From contig CAYMYC010000004.1 in the NCBI GenBank assembly GCA_964394645.1, forward strand, positions 1,258 through 65,257: DNA of 64,000 bases, given 5' to 3'. The position numbers and the translations under genes are program-made. The notes under the pieces were generated by a model. That model searched no databases and was not told where the DNA came from. It saw only the letters and a list, made by a program, of their open reading frames with translations. Positions 58,377 to 64,000 of the stretch are shown here, in pieces; position 1 is the stretch's first letter, and each line of letters opens with the position of its first letter. This DNA comes from an uncultured Gammaproteobacteria bacterium. Lineage in GTDB: Bacteria; Patescibacteriota; Microgenomatia; Levybacterales; GWA1-39-11.

Positions 58377-59612
58377 TTATTTCGAAAAAGCCTTGAAAAT
58401 CTCATCGGAAGATAATAAATCTGTCTTGCTCTCGTGTCTATTTTTCCATTCAATTTTTCCTTCTGATTTCTTTGAGATTACAAGTCTTACAGGAATACCT
58501 AATAAATCAGCGTCAGTAAATTTTTCACCAGGAGATATGTCTCTATCATCCCATAATATTTCCACTCCCATATCGTGTAAACTGTGGTATAGTGCTTCTC
58601 CTTTGTCCATAATTTCTGGGTCTTGATTGGCAAGTGTTAAAAGGTGTACTTTGTATGGCGCAACAGAATCAGGCCATACTATCCCCCTCTCATCATGATG
58701 CACCTCCACAATGGTACCCATAAGACGTGTGATGCCTATTCCGTAACAACCCATCAATACCTTCTTTTCTACTCCGTTCGCATCTTTATAGGTTATATTA
58801 AATGCGTCTGAAAACTTGGTTCCTAATGGAAAAATATTCCCAACCTCAATAGTTTTTGCTCTTTTAAGTACTCCGTGTCCAAGCTCACACTGCTTTCCTT
58901 CCTGAACAGGAGACACTTCTGTATTTGCTGAAAAATCACCACCAGGACAATAAATAATCTCATCCTCACCTGCAGGCGTTATAACCTGATACTCATGAGA
59001 TACATCAGAAAATGCTCCTCCTGATGCTTGTGTCTCAATAGCCGTAAGTCCAACTCTTTCAAATACCTTCATGTATGTTTTCTTCATAATTTCATAGTAA
59101 GCTTTAAAATCCTCTTCCGTCGCATGGAATGAATACAAATCCTTCATAAGAAATTCCCTCCCCCGTAAAATTCCTGATTTTGCCCTCGCCTCATCCCTGA
59201 ACTTTGTTTGAATTTGATACACATGCACGGGTAAATCTTTATATGAGGAGATAAATTGTGACGCAAGAGGTGAAATTACCTCCTCATGAGTCGGTCCAAG
59301 AGCATATTCATGTTTATATTGAGATATTACTTTAAAAAGAGCATCAAACAAGTCCCAACGGTTTGTTTGTATCCATGAATCTTTATTTTGCAAGGAGGAT
59401 AATTCTAGCTCCTGAGCATCAGCTGCATCCATTTCCTCGCGTACAACTTTATTAATTTTCTCAATTACCCGAAGCCCTAAGGGTAAGTAATTATAAACTC
59501 CAGCCAATTCCCTTCGGATATACCCTCCACGAGTTAAGAGCTTCGCATTTATTGATGTTTCTTCTGCTGAAACATTTTTTGTTGTTTTCCCAAAAAGTTT
59601 TGAATATCGCAT
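58377..59612 (-). CDS. proS: prolyl-tRNA synthetase, bacterial-type catalytic core without the INS editing insertion
   Basis: MRYSKLFGKT...LLTRGGYIRRELAGVYNYLPLGLRVIEKI matches the ProRS N-terminus. Class II motifs present. 411 aa versus about 570 aa with editing domain. Confidence 0.85.
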   Translation of the reverse strand: MRYSKLFGKTTKNVSAEETSINAKLLTRGGYIRRELAGVYNYLPLGLRVIEKINKVVREEMDAADAQELELSSLQNKDSWIQTNRWDLFDALFKVISQYKHEYALGPTHEEVISPLASQFISSYKDLPVHVYQIQTKFRDEARAKSGILRGREFLMKDLYSFHATEEDFKAYYEIMKKTYMKVFERVGLTAIETQASGGAFSDVSHEYQVITPAGEDEIIYCPGGDFSANTEVSPVQEGKQCELGHGVLKRAKTIEVGNIFPLGTKFSDAFNITYKDANGVEKKVLMGCYGIGITRLMGTIVEVHHDERGIVWPDSVAPYKVHLLTLANQDPEIMDKGEALYHSLHDMGVEILWDDRDISPGEKFTDADLLGIPVRLVISKKSEGKIEWKNRHESKTDLLSSDEIFKAFSK

Positions 59613-59915
59613 ATGTGTAGTATAAGAACATAAGAGAAAGAATGCAATATTAATTCATGCTGTATTGACAACTAGTTAACAACACAGTATGCTTCAAATA
59701 TGGTCGAGGGTCATAAACCACATGGACCTGACAAGAAAAAATCGAGGGTCGTCGGATGCATTGTAGGGGGCGGCATTATACTTCACGGTCTTAGCGCCTT
59801 AGCACTCTCTACTAAATCCGATATAGAAATTGAAAAAGATGACCGCACAATAAGCTACACGCAGCAAGGTGCAATTGAGGTTACATCCGGAGCGATTGTT
59901 CTACTTACCACATTC

Positions 59916-60815
59916 TCACGCAGAAAATGATGAAGCAACTGTTGGCGCGATTGAGAGAACTTCAAGTTTTTTAAAGAATTTTTCTTCGGGAATATATATA
60001 GTATCTGTTACAAAAATCTTCTCTGCTCTACAAGCCTCAAGCAAACCCGGAGCTTTATTTGAAAAAACAGCGTGCGTTGCAAAAACAAATACTTTTTTCG
60101 CTCCCATATCAAATAACTCGTTCACGCACTGAACAATTGTCCCACCAGACGAAATCATATCATCTACAATAAAACACGTGTCTTTTACCTCTCCTGTAAC
60201 TTTCGCGACTTTTATTTTTCCAGTTACTATGTCCCGATCTTTCTCAACTGCTACATAGTCTATCCCTCCGAGTAAATTCTTTAGCAACTCAATTCTTCTT
60301 ATTCCTCCCATATCAGGAGTTACAAGACAAGCATTGGATAAGTCAGACTCAATCTGCTTCACTTTTTCAGCAAATAAAGAAAGTGCTGAAAGGTGGTCTA
60401 CTCCAATACTAAAAAGTTCAGGAATTTTTATAGAATGCAAATCAACACCAACAAAACAATTAGCCCCTGAAACCTCAATCATCTTTACGACTACCTCAAG
60501 TGAACGAGCCTCACCTGTTCTAAAAATATGGTCCTGACGCTGGTATCCTAAATAGGGAACTACTGCAGTAATATTTTTTGCTCCATTTCTTTTTGCTGCA
60601 TCTAGCAGCAAACACAGCTCCAACAAATTTGAGTCAACTGGTGAACACGTTGGCTGACAAATAAGGACATCTTCATCTACTACGTCTTCCATTAGCATAA
60701 TCCTCCGTTCACCATCCGGAAATAAATGGTTCTCAACTTCCGATAGTGGTAGACCCATGTTCTGAGCAATTTTCTCAGCTAATGGTCTATTCGCGCTACC
60801 TGAAAATATCTTCAT
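59916..60815 (-). CDS. prs: ribose-phosphate pyrophosphokinase (PRPP synthetase) paralog 2
   Basis: MKIFSGSANRPLAEKIAQNMG..., PRPP-binding loop FIVDDMISSGGT. Start set at the internal Met. Confidence 0.85.
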   Translation of the reverse strand: MKIFSGSANRPLAEKIAQNMGLPLSEVENHLFPDGERRIMLMEDVVDEDVLICQPTCSPVDSNLLELCLLLDAAKRNGAKNITAVVPYLGYQRQDHIFRTGEARSLEVVVKMIEVSGANCFVGVDLHSIKIPELFSIGVDHLSALSLFAEKVKQIESDLSNACLVTPDMGGIRRIELLKNLLGGIDYVAVEKDRDIVTGKIKVAKVTGEVKDTCFIVDDMISSGGTIVQCVNELFDMGAKKVFVFATHAVFSNKAPGLLEACRAEKIFVTDTIYIPEEKFFKKLEVLSIAPTVASSFSA

Positions 60816-60858
60816 GAAACAATTGTACGAAGGATTCTCATCTATAATCAAGATGGTA

Positions 60859-61827
60859 TTACAAAATCAACTCGCGACTTAATGATTCCCCAGATTCAAT
60901 TTTTTCAATAGCGCAAGATAAAAGATTTGCGACTGACACAACTGTAACCCGTTTGTTTTTTTTCATTTCTGAGTGTAATGGTATTGTATCAGTAATTATT
61001 AATTCATCCACCATACTTTTTGCGAATTTCTCCGGTGCGTTACCAGAAAACAAACCATGAGTTGCACAAATAATAACTTTTTTTGCTCCGGACTTTTTTA
61101 AATATTCTGCCGCATGAATAACTGTCCCCCCCGTATCTATCATGTCATCCACTAATAGTATATTCTTCCCCGCTACATTCCCAATCATAGCTAACGCACT
61201 TGAAGTATTGTTTACCATAATATCCCGCTCCTTATACACCAATGCTATCTCATTCACTCCTAACAGCCGTGCATAACCAGTAGCTCGAGCCATACTGCCT
61301 TTATCAGGCGCTGCTACTACTAAATTTTTCAGATTTCTTTTTTTAATTTCAGGAATAAGGGAATATGAACCATATAAGTTGTCCCAAGGTCCTTTTATGA
61401 AACCCTGCTGCTGCTCAGAATGAATATCAAGGGTAACAATTCTATTAACGCCTACGTTTTCCAAAATACTAGCGACTACAGATGCAGAAATTGGAACTCG
61501 GGGCATTTCCTTCCTGTCTTGCCTACTATAACCAAAATATGGAATGATCGCAGTTATTTCATCCGCTGATGACCTACGTGCTGCATCAATCATAAAGACT
61601 AGCTCTAAAAGGGAATCATTTACGGGTTTACATGTTGGTTGGATTATAAAAACGTGCCTACGACGCACATTTTCAGGAACCTTAATACGTATTTCACCAT
61701 CTGAAAACACACTAACAGGACTAAATAATTCTTTCCTTAAAAGACTTGCCACTTTTTTAGCAAGAACGGGGTTAGATCTTCCAGTCAGAAGTACATAATT
61801 ATTTGACCGCACAGCGCCTACAGCCAT
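60859..61827 (-). CDS. prs: ribose-phosphate pyrophosphokinase (PRPP synthetase) paralog 1
   Basis: LLTGRSNPVLAKKVASLL..., FGYSRQDRK, PRPP-binding loop LVDDMIDTGGT. Confidence 0.85.
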   Translation of the reverse strand: MAVGAVRSNNYVLLTGRSNPVLAKKVASLLRKELFSPVSVFSDGEIRIKVPENVRRRHVFIIQPTCKPVNDSLLELVFMIDAARRSSADEITAIIPYFGYSRQDRKEMPRVPISASVVASILENVGVNRIVTLDIHSEQQQGFIKGPWDNLYGSYSLIPEIKKRNLKNLVVAAPDKGSMARATGYARLLGVNEIALVYKERDIMVNNTSSALAMIGNVAGKNILLVDDMIDTGGTVIHAAEYLKKSGAKKVIICATHGLFSGNAPEKFAKSMVDELIITDTIPLHSEMKKNKRVTVVSVANLLSCAIEKIESGESLSRELIL

Positions 61828-61872
61828 AATATATTTCTATTAAATGAATAGTGCTCAAATTTAAAAACGTTA

Positions 61873-62175
61873 CTATTTTCCAAGCAATCCTCCAAGTCCG
61901 CCTCCCATCTCCTGCATCTTTGAAGCTGCTTTTTTTTGAGCCTTCTCAAGAGCCTCGTTTAATGCATCCACAGCATCTCTCATATCTTCATCATTTACTT
62001 TGAAACTTTTAACCTTCATGTCTGCAGTCAACTCAACTGATACGCGACCTCGGGATGCTGTAACTACTATAGTTTGCAGTTCTTTTTGAATCTTTATTGC
62101 TTCGTCTCTTAGTTTTTTCACATCTCCTAGGGCACCAAGCCCTTTCATAGGATTAAACATATTTTTAAACACCAC
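61873..62175 (-). CDS. ybaB: YbaB/EbfC-family nucleoid-associated protein
   Basis: MFNPMKGLGALGDVKKLRDEAIKIQKELQ... YbaB pattern. Lies immediately downstream of dnaX, a conserved synteny. Confidence 0.8.
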   Translation of the reverse strand: MVFKNMFNPMKGLGALGDVKKLRDEAIKIQKELQTIVVTASRGRVSVELTADMKVKSFKVNDEDMRDAVDALNEALEKAQKKAASKMQEMGGGLGGLLGK

Positions 62176-62230
62176 CCTTCTTATTCAAATTCGTATATCA
62201 TTAACTTCCTAACTTTGCTTGTCAATTATC

Positions 62231-63634
62231 CTAATTTTTTATACTAATTGCAACTTCTTTTTGTAAGATTTCTTGAATGTGAGATAAGATTATTGCGTAA
62301 TTTTGCTTTTCCGTTAATCTTCCCAAATGAAATGCGGAGGGAGCTTGAATAACAAACCCGCTCGCATCTTCCATAATTTTACATCCTCGTAATAAACCTG
62401 CAAGAATTTTATTTTCTTTATTAACTGAATCTAAAAGTTTTTTGAACAGATCGAAAACGCGATCTTCAACCAATTCAGGGTTTTTTTTCTTCAACTCGCC
62501 TTCTCCCTCTACCTCCGGTATAGTTTTCGTTGTCTTTTGAGCTTCTATATTCTTGTGAGGTTCAGCACTCTCTTTACTCTCTGGAGCTGCATAGTTTTTT
62601 TCTGAAACGCAAAACTCTATAACAGCAAGCTCCAGTGGTAACTGAGGTAAAACTGCTCCCCGCAATCCCTTATATGCCTCGTCTAAAAGATTTAACAACC
62701 TCTCTACCCGCTGGATATCTGTATTTTTTTTCTGTGATACGTAATTTAACAACTCGCCATGCAATATGCTTGCCATCCTTTCAATAATGACTGCAAAATC
62801 TGTATTCACAGAAGACAAAGATTCAATTTCTGATAATGCCTTGTGTGCATCTTTTTGAAAACAAAAATTTATAATAGACCTAGCTGAAGAATCTATTGAC
62901 CCGATTTTAAACTGTGACTCAACCAGGCTCAACGTAATCTTTCCTTTTGCCTGAAGGCTTAATTCCTCAAGTATTTTTGCTGCATCCCGAAATGCACCCT
63001 GAGAAAGCAGGGCAACCCGTAATAAGACACCATCCTCTAATTCTAACCTCTCTCCATCAACGATTCTCAGCATGCTTCGAGACAACTCATCCGTGCTAGG
63101 TTTCTCAAAAGGAACTAAAAATACACGGGAAATAATTGTTTCAGGCAACTTTCCTGTTTCGGTTGTCGCCAAAATAAAAACTACGTGACCTGGAGGTTCT
63201 TCAAGTGTTTTTAAAAGTGCGTTAAATGCCTCAGTAGTCAGCATATGAACTTCGTCAATAATATATACTTTTTTTGAAAGAACTGATGGGGAAAATTTTA
63301 TCCGCTCACGAAGCTCTCTTATTTCATCTATCCCTCGATTGCTTGCAGCATCAATCTCTAAAACATCTACTGCTGTGCCATTTGTTATTGAAATACATGC
63401 AGAACATTTATTGCATGGCTCAATACTAAACGGGTCACTCTGCTTTCTTTTTTCACAGTTTATCGCCTTAGCTAAAATTCTTGCGGAAGATGTTTTTCCA
63501 AGTCCTTTTGGACCCGCGAATAAAAATGCGTGCGGAATTGACTTTGAGGAAAGAATTGCCGAAAGTCTGTTGCGAACTTCTACAAGATCAAGCTCTGAGA
63601 TTAATTGCGGACGGTATTTTCTATAGTAAACCAT
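62231..63634 (-). CDS. dnaX: DNA polymerase III subunit gamma/tau
   Basis: YRKYRPQ...HAFLFAGPKGLGKTSSARILAKAINCE (Walker A, Zn-module Cys), DEVHMLT Walker B, SRV sensor. Confidence 0.9.
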   Translation of the reverse strand: MVYYRKYRPQLISELDLVEVRNRLSAILSSKSIPHAFLFAGPKGLGKTSSARILAKAINCEKRKQSDPFSIEPCNKCSACISITNGTAVDVLEIDAASNRGIDEIRELRERIKFSPSVLSKKVYIIDEVHMLTTEAFNALLKTLEEPPGHVVFILATTETGKLPETIISRVFLVPFEKPSTDELSRSMLRIVDGERLELEDGVLLRVALLSQGAFRDAAKILEELSLQAKGKITLSLVESQFKIGSIDSSARSIINFCFQKDAHKALSEIESLSSVNTDFAVIIERMASILHGELLNYVSQKKNTDIQRVERLLNLLDEAYKGLRGAVLPQLPLELAVIEFCVSEKNYAAPESKESAEPHKNIEAQKTTKTIPEVEGEGELKKKNPELVEDRVFDLFKKLLDSVNKENKILAGLLRGCKIMEDASGFVIQAPSAFHLGRLTEKQNYAIILSHIQEILQKEVAISIKN

Positions 63635-63643
63635 AATTGAGAA

Positions 63644-64000
63644 TCACTCGTGGTGCTCACCTAATAAGTGTTGGAGACCGTGGGCAACCCAAAAACAAAT
63701 TTTATCATCTACCAATTTGTTCTCAAATGAGGCTTCGTTAATTATCACTGGGTATGAAATAATTACATCTCCTAGCATCAATTTATCTGACTTTACGACC
63801 ATCCCCTCACCTTCAGTTTGCGAGAACGATAAAACATTTGTTGTCTTATCTAAATTCCTATACTTTTTATTTAAAGCGCGCATCTTGCGATCACCAACTA
63901 TAGCAATTGACACCTCAACAGGGGTCGTGATCCCACGATCAGATATTACACGCCTAACCGTTTCTTTAATTTTTTTTCTATCAACTCTATACCTGCTCTC
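63644..64000 (-). CDS. ybeY: endoribonuclease YbeY (5'-truncated by window edge)
   Basis: SIAIVGDRKMRALNKKYRNLDKTTNVLSF...HGLQHLLGEHHE (H..H.....H zinc motif). The reading frame stays open upstream to the window end. Confidence 0.7.
   Translation of the reverse strand, partial: ESRYRVDRKKIKETVRRVISDRGITTPVEVSIAIVGDRKMRALNKKYRNLDKTTNVLSFSQTEGEGMVVKSDKLMLGDVIISYPVIINEASFENKLVDDKICFWVAHGLQHLLGEHHE

Noticed and set aside
59700-59930. 76-aa plus-strand ORF in the prs-proS spacer, considered as a protein gene.
   Set aside because: Its codon usage is GC-rich and atypical for this genome, it overlaps the prs 3' end, and it shows no motif. More likely it reflects a structured noncoding segment. Kept as a finding rather than a feature.

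Overview
This is a low-GC, gene-dense bacterial chromosome segment, about 90% coding, read with the standard genetic code. TGA is used as a stop codon; one example is the ATGA start/stop overlap at 4541-4544. Many housekeeping proteins are shorter than typical bacterial homologs: ProS lacks the editing insertion, PurA is the archaeal-size 333 aa form, and RF1, HisS and HolB are all short. With a type IV pilus locus that has no secretin, this fits an ultra-small Patescibacteria/CPR-like genome. That placement is inference only.

The main content is a large type IV pilus cluster at 35-12883 on both strands. It holds pilO, pilN and pilM, a LamG-domain PilX-like putative tip adhesin, five or six pilin/pseudopilin genes, prepilin peptidase pilD and the major pilin pilA. 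A holB-like gene separates these from pilB, pilT and pilC.

After the cluster come gyrB, ppa and gyrA. A secreted S9-like hydrolase and an Rpf-like transglycosylase follow gyrA.

A cell-wall cluster follows: a MurF-like Mur ligase, an alpha/beta hydrolase, a DegT aminotransferase and a FemAB-family gene. A SIMPL-domain protein lies downstream of it.

Next is a tyrosine recombinase (Xer-like, TTG start). It is followed by an unusual 1.27-kb ORF-free region carrying three copies of a TGCGACATA motif that could be dif-like sites.

Further on are ruvC and yebC, a CPA2 antiporter with an RCK domain, rluA, efp and pepN.

Two tRNAs, Leu(CAA) and Ala(CGC), bracket three genes: a GPAT/PlsC-like acyltransferase, a short PurA and a secreted hypothetical protein.

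The last third of the window holds dnaB and cysS, followed by ctpA. The rpsF-ssb-rpsR operon and htrA lie next to these. Then come hisS, rpmE, prfA, a DHH phosphoesterase and proS.

Two tandem prs genes come next, then ybaB and dnaX. ybeY is cut off by the window edge.

I found no CRISPR array, transposase, rRNA gene or recognisable defence system. The most unusual elements are the LamG pilus adhesin, the Xer-adjacent repeat-bearing coding desert, the Rpf-like secreted enzyme pair, and a GC-rich intergenic patch upstream of proS.
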